Positions 9,009 through 18,795 are shown, numbered from the stretch's first letter. The stretch is 52,937 nt of DNA from Candidatus Woesearchaeota archaeon (GCA_016181305.1 JACOZN010000013.1:79691-132627), one strand, 5' to 3'. Program-made: numbers and translations. Notes: generated from the letters alone by a model not told the origin.

Positions 9009-9082
9009 GGTTATCAATAAGACATTTTTAGATTTATTAAGCCCAAAACCATTATATACTATTTATTATTCTCATCCAAAAA

Positions 9083-9496
9083 ATGAACCAAGGAGCCAAG
9101 GTAAAAGTCCATTACACAGGCACTCTGAATGACGGAAAGATATTTGACTCTTCAGAAGGAAAAGAGCCTCTGGAATTTACTATAGGCAACAACCAGGTCA
9201 TAAAAGGCTTTGAAGATGGAATAAAAGGCATGAAAGTAAACGAGGAAAAAACCATAAAAATCAAGGCAAATGAAGCATATGGCGAAAGAGACGAGAGAAT
9301 GGTTGTTTCTGTGCCGAGGGACAAGTTCCCTCCTGAAGCGCAGGCTGGCGGAATGCTTATCCTGAAGGGGCCAAACGGCGAAAAGCTGCCTGCAGTCATA
9401 AAGGAAGTAAAAGGTGATGCTGTAATCATAGACATGAACCACCCGTTGGCGGGAAAGGAATTGAATTTTAAAGTGAAGGTTATTGGAATTAGTTAG
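9083..9496 (+). CDS. slyD: FKBP-type peptidyl-prolyl isomerase (SlyD-like, no His-rich tail)
   Basis: VKVHYTGTL, FDSS, VIKGFE, AYGERD, IDMNHPLAGKEL. Confidence 0.93.
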   Translation: MNQGAKVKVHYTGTLNDGKIFDSSEGKEPLEFTIGNNQVIKGFEDGIKGMKVNEEKTIKIKANEAYGERDERMVVSVPRDKFPPEAQAGGMLILKGPNGEKLPAVIKEVKGDAVIIDMNHPLAGKELNFKVKVIGIS

Positions 9497-9537
9497 TTCT
9501 CAAAAGGTTTATAAATTGATTATCACTCCCAAGTAAT

Positions 9538-10947
9538 ATGTCAAGTGACACGCTGTACGAAAAAGTATTTGGTAGGCATGTTGTTGACGTACTGCCTACG
9601 GGACAATACCAGATTTTTATTGGATTTCAACCTCTACATGACGTAACTACTTCTCCTGCATTTGAGATGGTGAAAGAAGCAAACGGAAAAGTTGCTTATC
9701 CTCAACTGAATATTGCTACTGCAGACCATATGGTTCCAACAACAAGCATGGCAAGGCCTTTTAGCGACCCAAAAGCAGAAGCTTTGATGGATGCATTGGA
9801 GAGAAATGCTAGGCAATATGGCATTGAATTCTTAGGTCCTGAGTCAGGAAAGCAAGGCATAGTTCATATTATAGGTCCTGAACGTGGATTAACTCAGCCT
9901 GGCATTACTATTGCATGCGGCGACAGCCATACAAGCACGCACGGAGCATTTGGAGCACTGGCATTTGGCATCGGAACAACGCAAGTGCGCTATGTGCTTG
10001 AAACCCAGACTCTTGCTGTTGACAGGCTTAAAGTAAGACAAATACATTTTAAAGGAGAGTTATCAAAAGGTGTTTACGCAAAAGACGTTATATTGTATAC
10101 AATCAGCCAATTAGGAGTTGGCGGGGGCAAAGGTTTTGCATACGAATACGGCGGCAGTATAGTTGATAAAATGACAATGGAAGAGCGAATGACAATATGC
10201 AATATGAGCATAGAAGGGGGAGCATTGGTTGGATATGTGAATCCTGACAATACAACTTTTGATTATTTAAGAGGACGGGAACGTGCTCCTAGGGGAGAGG
10301 CGTTTGAGCGAGCAGTTAAATACTGGAAATCCATTGCATCAGAGCCAAATGCACAATATGACGACACAGTTGTGTTTCAAGGAAAAGAGATTGAGCCAAC
10401 TGTTACATGGGGAATCAACCCAGGACATGCAATCGGCATTTCACAGCGCATGCCTGAATTGTCAAAAATTTTAGATGAAAGTGAAAGAAAAAGTGCGGAA
10501 AAGGCATATGCACATATGAAATTGACGCAAGGAGAGCTAATTTGCGGCACTCCAATAGATGTTGCTTTTATCGGCTCATGCACAAACGGCAGGCTCTCTG
10601 ATTTGGAAGCGGCATCACAAGTCCTTAAAGGAAGAAAGGTTGCAGATAGTGTGGTACTGCTAGTAGTTCCTGGTTCTTATGAAGTGAAACGCCAGGCAGA
10701 GGAGCTGGGGCTTGACAGAATCTTTACAGAGGCAGGTGCGCAATGGAGAGGTGCAGGATGCTCCATGTGTCTGGGAATGAACCCTGACAAATTAACTGGA
10801 TATCAGATGTCCGCTTCCTCTTCAAACAGAAACTTTATTGGCAGACAGGGAAGCCCAAATGGGCGCACTCTGCTTATGAGCCCTGCGATGGTTGCAGCTG
10901 CTGCTGTTGAAGGAAGAGTAACTGATGTTAGGCAGTATTTGAGGTAA
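9538..10947 (+). CDS. leuC: 3-isopropylmalate dehydratase large subunit (bacterial type)
   Basis: [48 protein letters not shown]. Confidence 0.95.
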   Translation: MSSDTLYEKVFGRHVVDVLPTGQYQIFIGFQPLHDVTTSPAFEMVKEANGKVAYPQLNIATADHMVPTTSMARPFSDPKAEALMDALERNARQYGIEFLGPESGKQGIVHIIGPERGLTQPGITIACGDSHTSTHGAFGALAFGIGTTQVRYVLETQTLAVDRLKVRQIHFKGELSKGVYAKDVILYTISQLGVGGGKGFAYEYGGSIVDKMTMEERMTICNMSIEGGALVGYVNPDNTTFDYLRGRERAPRGEAFERAVKYWKSIASEPNAQYDDTVVFQGKEIEPTVTWGINPGHAIGISQRMPELSKILDESERKSAEKAYAHMKLTQGELICGTPIDVAFIGSCTNGRLSDLEAASQVLKGRKVADSVVLLVVPGSYEVKRQAEELGLDRIFTEAGAQWRGAGCSMCLGMNPDKLTGYQMSASSSNRNFIGRQGSPNGRTLLMSPAMVAAAAVEGRVTDVRQYLR

Positions 10948-10952
10948 TAACT

Positions 10953-11558
10953 ATGGCTATTGATGATTTGGATGTATTAAAAATTTCAGGAACAGCAATA
11001 CCTATACCAGGCAGTGATATGGATACAGACCAGATTGCACCAGCGGATTCGATGACAGAACTGGCTTATAGTAAAGCTAGTATGTTACCATATCTTTTTC
11101 GTGATGCAAGAAAAAAAGACCCAAATCACCCACTTAACAATCCTAACTATGAAGGTGCTTCTATCATGGTAGTTGGCAGAAACTTTGGTGCTGGCTCATC
11201 AAGGGAAACTGCTCCGCAGGCAATTATGAGTTATGGCATCAGTGCTTTAGTTGGCGAGTCCTTTGCCACAATATTTGAGGGAAACTGCAGGGAAATCGGA
11301 ATGCCTGCAGTGACTGCGTCACATGACATCATTGAAGAATTGATGGAATTGACTGTGCGAGAGCCAAAAACAATATACACTTTAGACATATTATCAAAGA
11401 CATTAAGCTGGAGCGAGGGCACTTACAGACCAATAGAATTACCCGAGTCAACAAAAATTACGCTGATGCACGGCAATGTTTTGCAGATGCTTAAGAACAA
11501 TCATCCTAAAATAGCGCCAGTCGCCAATTCATTGCCTTATATTAATGGTTTTGAATAA
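10953..11558 (+). CDS. leuD: 3-isopropylmalate dehydratase small subunit
   Basis: DTDQIAP, GRNFGAGSSRETAP, ESFATIF; follows leuC. Confidence 0.92.
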   Translation: MAIDDLDVLKISGTAIPIPGSDMDTDQIAPADSMTELAYSKASMLPYLFRDARKKDPNHPLNNPNYEGASIMVVGRNFGAGSSRETAPQAIMSYGISALVGESFATIFEGNCREIGMPAVTASHDIIEELMELTVREPKTIYTLDILSKTLSWSEGTYRPIELPESTKITLMHGNVLQMLKNNHPKIAPVANSLPYINGFE

Positions 11559-11583
11559 CAATTGATTTTTGGGGTTATTTCAA

Positions 11584-12684
11584 ATGAAAAAAAATATAGC
11601 AGTTCTTGAAGGAGACGGCATAGGTCCAGAAATAATGAGGGAAGGGTTAAAGGTTCTTGATGCTATTGCCAGAAAACATGGACATTCTTTTACATACATC
11701 CCTGCCCCTTTTGGCGCAAAAGCTTATTTTGATTATGGACATCCTTTTCCAGAACAAACTAAAGGAATTTGTGACGGAGCCGATGCTGTAATGAAAGGTC
11801 CTGTTGGCTTGGCTTTGAGTGAAATGAATAGAATTCCAACTGAGATGAGTCCAGAACCGGCTGCTCTGCTTCCTTTAAGAAAAAGATATGAAACGTATGC
11901 TAATTACAGGCCCGTTTTCTTGCCAAAATCCTGCGCGGATTTTTCCCCACTTAAACCTGATAGGATAGGGGAAGGCTTAGATATACTTATGATGAGGGAA
12001 TTAGTGGGCGGGATATACTTTGGAGAAAAAATTGAGGGTAAAGAAACAAAGATGCAATATGCTCGAGATGTTTCAGACTATACAGCAGAACAAATCGAAA
12101 GGTTTGCCCATGTTTGCTTTAATGAAGCTAGACAACGAAATGGCCAGCTTACTAGTGTTCATAAAGCCAATGTTTTGGCAACTTCAAGATTTTGGAATCA
12201 ACTATTTGAAAGTATATCAGTGAAGTACCCAGATGTAAATTTAAAATCAATGTTAGTTGATAATGTAGCATATCAATTGAGCGTTAACCCTACGCAATTC
12301 AATGGTGTTATGGCGCTAGATAACATGCAAGGAGATATTTTGACGGACCAAGCTGGCGGTATTTTAGGCTCATTGGGATTAATGCCGTCTGCATGCCTGA
12401 ACTTGCAAACCGGAAAAGGATACTACGAACCTGCACATGGCTCGGCTCCGGATATTGCAGGGCAGAATATCGCAAACCCTTATTCTATGATAGGCAGTGT
12501 TGCATTAATGCTGGAAAAAAGCTTCGGGCTTGGACAAGAGTCAAGGGATGTTTGGGCGGCATTAACCAATGTTTTTGCAGAAGGTTATAGGACAAAAGAG
12601 TTGTCCCGAAATACTCCTTTGGAAAAAGTATTGTCAACATCCCAATTCGGAGACAAGGTTGCAGAAAAAATAATGGCTAGTTAA
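11584..12684 (+). CDS. leuB: 3-isopropylmalate dehydrogenase
   Basis: GDGIGPE, RELVGGIYFG, HKANVL, EPAHGSAPDIAG. Confidence 0.93.
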   Translation: MKKNIAVLEGDGIGPEIMREGLKVLDAIARKHGHSFTYIPAPFGAKAYFDYGHPFPEQTKGICDGADAVMKGPVGLALSEMNRIPTEMSPEPAALLPLRKRYETYANYRPVFLPKSCADFSPLKPDRIGEGLDILMMRELVGGIYFGEKIEGKETKMQYARDVSDYTAEQIERFAHVCFNEARQRNGQLTSVHKANVLATSRFWNQLFESISVKYPDVNLKSMLVDNVAYQLSVNPTQFNGVMALDNMQGDILTDQAGGILGSLGLMPSACLNLQTGKGYYEPAHGSAPDIAGQNIANPYSMIGSVALMLEKSFGLGQESRDVWAALTNVFAEGYRTKELSRNTPLEKVLSTSQFGDKVAEKIMAS

Positions 12685-12742
12685 AATATCAAAGACATTA
12701 ACCTAAAGCTTTTTAAATAAACTTTTCTATCCTTTTCTTTAT

Positions 12743-12859
12743 GCCTCCGTAGCTCAGCAGGTAGAGCGTGTGACTGTTATCCTCACTATTGTTCGGGACT
12801 TCCCAAACAAAGTTTGGTAAGTAATCACAAGGTCACCAGTTCGAGTCTGGTCGGGGGCG
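12743..12859 (+). tRNA. tRNA-Asn(GTT) with a 44-nt intron at 37/38 (12780-12823)
   Basis: Acceptor GCCTCCG/CGGGGGC, D arm GCTC/GAGC, anticodon stem TGTGA/TCACA with GTT at 12776-12778, T arm ACCAG-TTCGAGT-CTGGT. Confidence 0.92.
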
Positions 12860-12868
12860 TTTTTTAAA

Positions 12869-13165
12869 ATGCAACAAATTCCATATAAGCCATTAAAGCA
12901 CATTCTTGTATGCACAAATGAAAGGGAGCAGGGTAAGGACTGCTGCTCGCACACAGGCAGCTACGAGATTTTCAGGGAATTGAAAGACTGGACAAAGGCA
13001 AATGGACTAAATTCAAAAGTCTGGGTTACAAGGACAGGCTGTTTGGGATTCTGCAACAATGTGGGCGCAACTGTAGTCATTTACCCTGATGAGCTATGGT
13101 TCAAGCAGGTGAAAAAGGAAGAAGTGCAGAAGATAAAGGACTTTATCTTGGATTCCCTGAAATAA
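12869..13165 (+). CDS. Thioredoxin-like [2Fe-2S] ferredoxin
   Basis: HILVCTN...DCC...RTGCLGFC...VVIYPD. Confidence 0.88.
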   Translation: MQQIPYKPLKHILVCTNEREQGKDCCSHTGSYEIFRELKDWTKANGLNSKVWVTRTGCLGFCNNVGATVVIYPDELWFKQVKKEEVQKIKDFILDSLK

Positions 13166-13166
13166 T

Positions 13167-13180
13167 AAAACTTTATAAAC
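13167..13180 (+). promoter_or_regulatory. BRE/TATA promoter of tRNA-Ile
   Basis: AAAACTTTATAAAC ending 24 nt upstream of the tRNA; identical 14-mer precedes tRNA-Arg. Confidence 0.7.
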
Positions 13181-13203
13181 CAACTTAATTTTCAAACCTT
13201 AAT

Positions 13204-13278
13204 GGGCTCGTAGCTCAGTCTGGTTAGAGCGCTGCTCTGATAAGGCAGAGGTCGTGTGTTCAAATCACATCGAGCCCA
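13204..13278 (+). tRNA. tRNA-Ile(GAT), intronless
   Basis: GGGCTCG/CGAGCCC acceptor; CTGCT-CTGATAA-GGCAG anticodon arm; TTCAAAT T loop. Confidence 0.95.
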
Positions 13279-13437
13279 TTCCACTCTTTTTTTGTCAATA
13301 CTAATTATTATATTAAATAAACTTGCCGGTTATTATTCTGACATTGCTTAAAAATCTTTTAACTACCACAAAGTTTAAATATAAGTTATTATTTTAAAAT
13401 AGCAACACTTTTGTTTTACTAAAAAATAGGAGGGTGT

Positions 13438-15126
13438 ATGATGAATTTTAAAACTAGGCTTTTGGCTTTGATGGTTGTTTCTGTTTTCTTGCTGAGCGGT
13501 TGCGAAGTGTACCAGACGCTTTACGGGAGCGCGCCGCAGGAAGTTTCTGAAGCTGCTCCGGGAAAGGTTGTGAGAATTGAGGGCTCGCTGGCAAAAGAAG
13601 CAGCCCTTTCCAAACAGGCTTATGCTGCTGCATCCGCAACACAGCACGACCCGTTCAAGACCGGAGACAATCCGCTCGGGCCGTTTGACAGGGGAAATTC
13701 TTTAGGGTTTACAATGCAGCAATGGCTGGCTGCAAGCGGCATAGGGATTTACAGCATTGACGGCGAAAATGCAGAAGCAGAGTTCTCATTCAAGAATCTT
13801 GTGCCTGGCGGAGTTTACACAGTATGGTGCTCAAGAATTTCACTGCCTCCTAATTTCAGCGTTGTTGACAAGCCGTGCGGCGCAGAGGACGGCTCTCAAA
13901 ACTCATTCACCGCAGACGAGAAGGGCAATGGCGAATTCTCATTGAAATTTAGCGCGCTCGAGCCAAGCACAAAAGACGCTGCATCTCTTATGGCAGTCGC
14001 TTACCACAGCGACGGCAAGACATACGGCGCAAGCCCCGGCGATTTCGGGCTGAACAGCCACGTGCAGATTTTCTACATGCTTCCAGAGATGGAGGGGGAA
14101 AAGGCAAAGTACCAAGTGCCTGTGAAGTTCGTGAATCATATTGATGCAGGCTTTCCCGAGCAGGATGTATTCATAGAGCTGGAAGAGAAGAAGGAAGAGG
14201 CTATGCCCGAGGTAAAAGAAGAACAGCCTGCCACAGGAGAGGCTGTTGAAGAGGTAAAAGAAGAACAGCCTAAAGAAGAGGCAGCGCCTGAAAAGCCGGT
14301 CGAAGTGGTTGAAATGCCGCAGGAAAAGCCGATTGTTGTGGTAGTGCAGGAAACGGATTTGGTGAGCCTGCAGCCAGAAGCAGAGGATCCTGACAAGGCA
14401 GCAAATCTTGTGTTTACTTACACGTCGCCTCTGGACGAGAAGGGGGAATGGCAGACAACTTATGGGGATGCTGGCGAATACACAATCACTGTAACGGTAT
14501 CAGACGGCGAGTCAGCAACAGCAAGGGAAGTTCTTGTAATTGTAAACAAGAAAGAGGAAGCGCCGGTAATCGACAGATCAAAACCCATTGAAAGCGGCTT
14601 GGCTATAGACGAAACGCAGTCTATCGATTTTAGCGTTGCCGCAAGCGACTTGAACAAGGACATGCTGTCATATGCCTGGAAGTTTGACGGCGCTGATGTT
14701 GGAAATGAAGACCAATATGCCTACCAGTCGACTTATGATGATGCGGGCACGCACACAGTCAAGGTTGAAGTCTCAGACGGGTTGTCAAGCGCAAGCAAGA
14801 TATGGTCCATAGAAGTGGAAAACGTAAACAGGAAGCCGGTTTTGGAAGAGGTAGGGGGCATATCCGTCAAAGAGACGGACAGGATTGTCATAACTGCGCT
14901 CGCAACTGACGACGACAATGATGCCATAGCCTACGCAATAAGCGACAGCAGGTTTGCCCAGGAAGACAATGTTTTCACGTGGCAGACTGATTATGACAGC
15001 GCAGGAACATATGAGGTTACTGCAAGCGCAAGCGACGGCCAGGACACAACTGAGCAGGCATTCACAGTAACGGTTGAGAACGTAAACAGGCCGCCTGTAA
15101 TAACTGACATTGTGCAGAAAGGATAA
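13438..15126 (+). CDS. Surface lipoprotein with acidic linker and Ig-like (PKD/cadherin-like) repeats
   Basis: LLSGC lipobox; repeated WQTxY(G/D)xAGxY(T/E)(I/V)TVxxSDG and NVNRxP motifs. Confidence 0.8.
   Translation: MMNFKTRLLALMVVSVFLLSGCEVYQTLYGSAPQEVSEAAPGKVVRIEGSLAKEAALSKQAYAAASATQHDPFKTGDNPLGPFDRGNSLGFTMQQWLAASGIGIYSIDGENAEAEFSFKNLVPGGVYTVWCSRISLPPNFSVVDKPCGAEDGSQNSFTADEKGNGEFSLKFSALEPSTKDAASLMAVAYHSDGKTYGASPGDFGLNSHVQIFYMLPEMEGEKAKYQVPVKFVNHIDAGFPEQDVFIELEEKKEEAMPEVKEEQPATGEAVEEVKEEQPKEEAAPEKPVEVVEMPQEKPIVVVVQETDLVSLQPEAEDPDKAANLVFTYTSPLDEKGEWQTTYGDAGEYTITVTVSDGESATAREVLVIVNKKEEAPVIDRSKPIESGLAIDETQSIDFSVAASDLNKDMLSYAWKFDGADVGNEDQYAYQSTYDDAGTHTVKVEVSDGLSSASKIWSIEVENVNRKPVLEEVGGISVKETDRIVITALATDDDNDAIAYAISDSRFAQEDNVFTWQTDYDSAGTYEVTASASDGQDTTEQAFTVTVENVNRPPVITDIVQKG
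14432..14482 (+). repeat. 51-bp exact repeat, copy 1 (copy 2 at 15317-15367)
   Basis: TGGACGAGAAGGGGGAATGGCAGACAACTTATGGGGATGCTGGCGAATACA is present in both adjacent surface genes. Confidence 0.9.
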
Positions 15127-15153
15127 TTTTTATTCTTTTTTGAGGGGGAATAA

Positions 15154-17046
15154 ATGAATAAAAGGGCTGCATTATTGCTAATTATATTTTTATTGTTCCC
15201 TTCTATTGCCCATTCCACCACAACATTCACTATACGGGAAACAGAGAAAATAAGCCTGCAGCCTAATGCAACAGACCCTGATGCGGACAAGCTTGCCTTT
15301 GCATACACGCAGCCATTGGACGAGAAGGGGGAATGGCAGACAACTTATGGGGATGCTGGCGAATACAAATCAGCCATTGCAGTTTCTGACGGGGTAAACA
15401 CTGTGTCAGAGGACATACTGATTATTGTCAGGAAAAAGGAAGAAAGCCCTGTGATAGAGTCCTTTATACCAAAAGAGGGCGATTTAAGCATTGATGAGGC
15501 AGAGTCAATAGACTTCAGGGTTTTGGCAACTGACTTGAACAGGGATGAGCTTGCCTACAAATGGCAGCTGGACGGAAAAGAGGCAAAAGAAGGGCAGGAA
15601 TTCTCTTACCAGACAACTTACAAAGATGCCGGCAGCCATAATGTCAAGGTTTCTGTATCAGACGGAACAACAAGCGCCAGCAAAGAGTGGAATGTTGATG
15701 TTAAAAACGTGGATGTTGAAAGCATCATGGACCCGATACAAGACGTTGTTGCCGATGAAAATGACATCATAAGCCTGGAACTGCCTGACTTCGAGAAATA
15801 TGGCCTGACGTATTCAATTTCCGAGCCTCTTGGCAACAAAAACAAATGGGAAACAGGCTATAAGGATGCAGGCTCTTATGAAGTTGAAGTCCATGCAGAG
15901 GGTAAGGGATTTAGCGGCGATAAGAATGTTAAAGTTGCTGTAAACGATGTTGATAGAGCGCCTGTTTTTGACAGGATAGGCAACAAAGTTGCAAATGAAA
16001 ATGAGGAGGTGACAATAAGCCTTAACGCCAAAGACCCTGACGAAGACGAAATAGCCTACTCCGCAGGCAACCTGCCCGAAGGCGCCTCTTTTGAGGGAAA
16101 TATATTTGCATGGACGCCGAGCTACGACACTGTCAAAAAAGAGGGGCTTGTAGACTGGGTAATGGACAAGTTCAGGGTTCTGAGCAAGAGCTTTTATGTG
16201 CAATTTACTGCTTCTTCAAAAGACAAGAAAATAGTCCAGAACGTTATCATAACTGTCAAAGATGCCAATAGGGCGCCTGTAATTGAGGATATTGAGCCGA
16301 TAACTGCAAATGAAGGCGAAACAGTAAAGATTTCCCCAAAAGCATATGATTTGGACGGCAACAAGGTAAAGCTGAAATATTCGGGATTTATGGATTCTGA
16401 CTCGTACAAATCCAATTTTGGCGATGCAGGCACGTACTATGTCAAGGTTGCTGCAAGCGACGGCTTGCTTGAAAGCTCAAAGTTTGCTAATGTAACAATA
16501 AGCCATGTGAACAGGGCGCCGGTTTTTGAAAAAATCAGCGATGCAAGGGCAACGGAGACGGACAACATAGCGATTTTGCTGGACGCCAAAGACCCTGACG
16601 GGGACGAGATAACTTACTCAATTGACAACCCTCCGGCAGGCTCCTCATTGAAAGGAAACGTGTTTTTATGGACGCCAGGCTACGATACTGCGGGCAAGAA
16701 AGAGACAAAGAAATTTGACTTGGTGTTTGTTGCTTCTGACGGCAAGGCAGAAACAAGGCAGATTTTAAAGGCTGAAGTAGCCGATAAGAACAGGGCGCCA
16801 AGGATAGTCGATGCGACAAGGAGCGTAAATGCAAAAGCCAGCAGGCCGGTGCTCATGTCAGTCAAGGCAGTTGACGACGACGGAGATGAATTGACATACA
16901 CTTGGGATTTTGGAATATTCCAGAAGTACAAGGCAACTGCAATACACCAGAGGGTATTCGCCAGCAAAGGGGCTAAATCAGTTAAAGTGGTCGTGAGCGA
17001 CGGCACTGATGAAGCAGAGCAAGCGATAAATGTGAATGTAAGTTAA
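15154..17046 (+). CDS. Secreted Ig-like (PKD/cadherin-like) repeat protein
   Basis: Signal peptide; repeated DPDxD, DAGxY, SDG and NRAP motifs; C-terminal PKD-like TWDFG. Confidence 0.8.
   Translation: MNKRAALLLIIFLLFPSIAHSTTTFTIRETEKISLQPNATDPDADKLAFAYTQPLDEKGEWQTTYGDAGEYKSAIAVSDGVNTVSEDILIIVRKKEESPVIESFIPKEGDLSIDEAESIDFRVLATDLNRDELAYKWQLDGKEAKEGQEFSYQTTYKDAGSHNVKVSVSDGTTSASKEWNVDVKNVDVESIMDPIQDVVADENDIISLELPDFEKYGLTYSISEPLGNKNKWETGYKDAGSYEVEVHAEGKGFSGDKNVKVAVNDVDRAPVFDRIGNKVANENEEVTISLNAKDPDEDEIAYSAGNLPEGASFEGNIFAWTPSYDTVKKEGLVDWVMDKFRVLSKSFYVQFTASSKDKKIVQNVIITVKDANRAPVIEDIEPITANEGETVKISPKAYDLDGNKVKLKYSGFMDSDSYKSNFGDAGTYYVKVAASDGLLESSKFANVTISHVNRAPVFEKISDARATETDNIAILLDAKDPDGDEITYSIDNPPAGSSLKGNVFLWTPGYDTAGKKETKKFDLVFVASDGKAETRQILKAEVADKNRAPRIVDATRSVNAKASRPVLMSVKAVDDDGDELTYTWDFGIFQKYKATAIHQRVFASKGAKSVKVVVSDGTDEAEQAINVNVS
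15317..15367 (+). repeat. 51-bp exact repeat, copy 2
   Basis: Identical to 14432-14482. Confidence 0.9.
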
Positions 17047-17081
17047 CAATCTTTATAAACCACCTTTTCTTTTTCTTGCTT

Positions 17082-18638
17082 ATGAAGAAGGTTAAAATCG
17101 ATGAGAAGACCGATAACGCTGTTCTTGACATCGCTTTAGACACATTGAAGATTGGGAAACAGGCGCTTGTTTTTGCCAGTACAAAGAAATCTGCGGAGAA
17201 GACAGCGGAGGAAATATCAAAAAAGATTAAGGATGAGAATGAAACATTGAAAGAGCTGGCTAACGATGCTTTAAGCGCGCTTTCAAGGCCTACAAAGCAA
17301 TGCGAGAGGCTTGCTTTATGCATGAAAAAAGGCATTGCATTCCATCATGCCGGACTGGTGGAAAAGCAAAGAAGCCTGATTGAGGATAATTTCAGGAAAG
17401 GCGCAATAAAAATAATATGCTGCACGCCAACTCTTGCCTATGGAGTGGACCTGCCCGCCTACAGGTCGATAATAAAGGACCTGAAGAGGTACACATTGCA
17501 TGGGCTGGCATGGATCCCTGTTCTGGATTACATGCAGATGTCAGGTAGGGCAGGAAGGCCAAACTACGACAGCGATGGGCAGTCAATCACTATTGCAATG
17601 ACAAGCAATGACAAGGAAAAAATAGGGGAAAGGTATGTTAATGGCGCTCCGGAAGACATCTATTCAAAGCTTGCAGTCGAGCCTGTCCTAAGGACTTATG
17701 TCCTGTCGCTGATAGCGGCGAACTTTACATCGACAAAAAAGCAGCTTTTTGACTTCTTTGACAGGACATTTTATGCATACCAGTTCAAGGACCTGAGAAG
17801 GCTGCACGCAACGATAAACAAGGTCATTGACTTGCTTGAGGAGTGGGAGTTTATAATGGGCTCTCGGGATGATTTTTCAGATGCAAGCGAGCTTAAAGAC
17901 GAAAAGCTCAAGCCGACACTGATCGGAAAGAGGGTGGCTGAGCTTTATATAGACCCTTTGACTGCGAATTTTATAATAGCATGCATGAGAAATGCCTCTG
18001 ACAAAAGGCTTGACGCCTTCTCATTCCTGCAGATGATATCCCATACCCTGGAGATAAGGCCATTGCTTAAGGTTGGCATAAGGGAATATGACAAAGTGCA
18101 GGAGTCACTGCTGGAGTTCAGCGACTTTTTACTTGAGAATGAACCTTCAATGTACGAGCCTGAATACGAGGATTTTCTGAACTCTGTAAAGACATCACTT
18201 ATGTTCAACAAGTGGATAAGCGAGCAGGACGAGGAATTTCTGCTTGAAGAGTACAATATAAGGCCGGGGGAATTAAGGGCAAAGCTCGACATTGCCGACT
18301 GGCTGCTTTATGCGGCAGAGGAGATAAGCAAGCTTTTGCATTACCAGTCTTTAATCAAAGAAATTGTTAAATTAAGGCTCAGGCTGAAGTACGGCGTCAA
18401 GGAAGAATTATTGCCTTTGATAAGACTGGAGAATATAGGAAGAGTAAGGGCAAGGATACTGTTTAGGAACAGGATAAGGGACTTGAAGGACGCTAAAAAT
18501 GCCGATTTGTACACTTTAACACAGCTTCTTGGAGAGAAAGTTGCATTGAGCGTGAAGAAGCAGCTTGGGCAGGAGAAGCTTGAAGTTCCTGAAAACAAGA
18601 GGAAAGGGCAGATATCTTTAAGGGACTGGGGAGAATAA
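17082..18638 (+). CDS. hel308: Hel308/Ski2-like helicase lacking the N-terminal RecA1 (Walker A/DExH) domain
   Basis: ALVF, AFHHAGL, TPTLAYGVDLPA, QMSGRAGRP, winged helix, ratchet and HhH (IGRVRAR) present; no GxGKT or DExH; TATA box at 17052-17059. Confidence 0.85.
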   Translation: MKKVKIDEKTDNAVLDIALDTLKIGKQALVFASTKKSAEKTAEEISKKIKDENETLKELANDALSALSRPTKQCERLALCMKKGIAFHHAGLVEKQRSLIEDNFRKGAIKIICCTPTLAYGVDLPAYRSIIKDLKRYTLHGLAWIPVLDYMQMSGRAGRPNYDSDGQSITIAMTSNDKEKIGERYVNGAPEDIYSKLAVEPVLRTYVLSLIAANFTSTKKQLFDFFDRTFYAYQFKDLRRLHATINKVIDLLEEWEFIMGSRDDFSDASELKDEKLKPTLIGKRVAELYIDPLTANFIIACMRNASDKRLDAFSFLQMISHTLEIRPLLKVGIREYDKVQESLLEFSDFLLENEPSMYEPEYEDFLNSVKTSLMFNKWISEQDEEFLLEEYNIRPGELRAKLDIADWLLYAAEEISKLLHYQSLIKEIVKLRLRLKYGVKEELLPLIRLENIGRVRARILFRNRIRDLKDAKNADLYTLTQLLGEKVALSVKKQLGQEKLEVPENKRKGQISLRDWGE

Positions 18639-18663
18639 AAGCAATTAGATTAATCCTTTTAAC

Positions 18664-18677
18664 AAAACTTTATAAAC
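18664..18677 (+). promoter_or_regulatory. BRE/TATA promoter of tRNA-Arg
   Basis: AAAACTTTATAAAC, same sequence and spacing as the tRNA-Ile promoter. Confidence 0.7.
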
Positions 18678-18701
18678 CATTTTCTTTATCTTTAATTTAT
18701 T

Positions 18702-18795
18702 GCCCCTGTAGTATAACGGACCAGAACGTGAGGTTGCGGACCTTAAGGTCGGGGTTCAATATGGAGAATGTTCCATGAAATTCCCCGCAGGGGCA
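18702..18795 (+). tRNA. tRNA-Arg(GCG) with a 21-nt non-canonical intron at 59/60 in the TPsiC loop (18761-18781)
   Basis: GCCCCTG/CAGGGGC acceptor; TGAGG-TTGCGGA-CCTTA; CGGGG/CCCCG T stem; perfect BHB (TTCA/TGAA helix, 3-nt bulges ATA and ATT, TGGA/TCCA outer helix). Confidence 0.9.

Noticed and set aside
12754-12954. 66-aa minus-strand ORF
   Set aside because: Antisense to tRNA-Asn and the ferredoxin gene; shadow ORF
14209-14271. 21-bp duplication GAGGTAAAAGAAGAACAGCCT
   Set aside because: In-frame expansion within an acidic linker; ordinary
13438-17046. Repeats as a possible CRISPR array or DGR template/variable pair
   Set aside because: Only two copies, both in-frame in coding sequence, with no spacers, no adenine-specific mismatches and no RT or cas gene in the window
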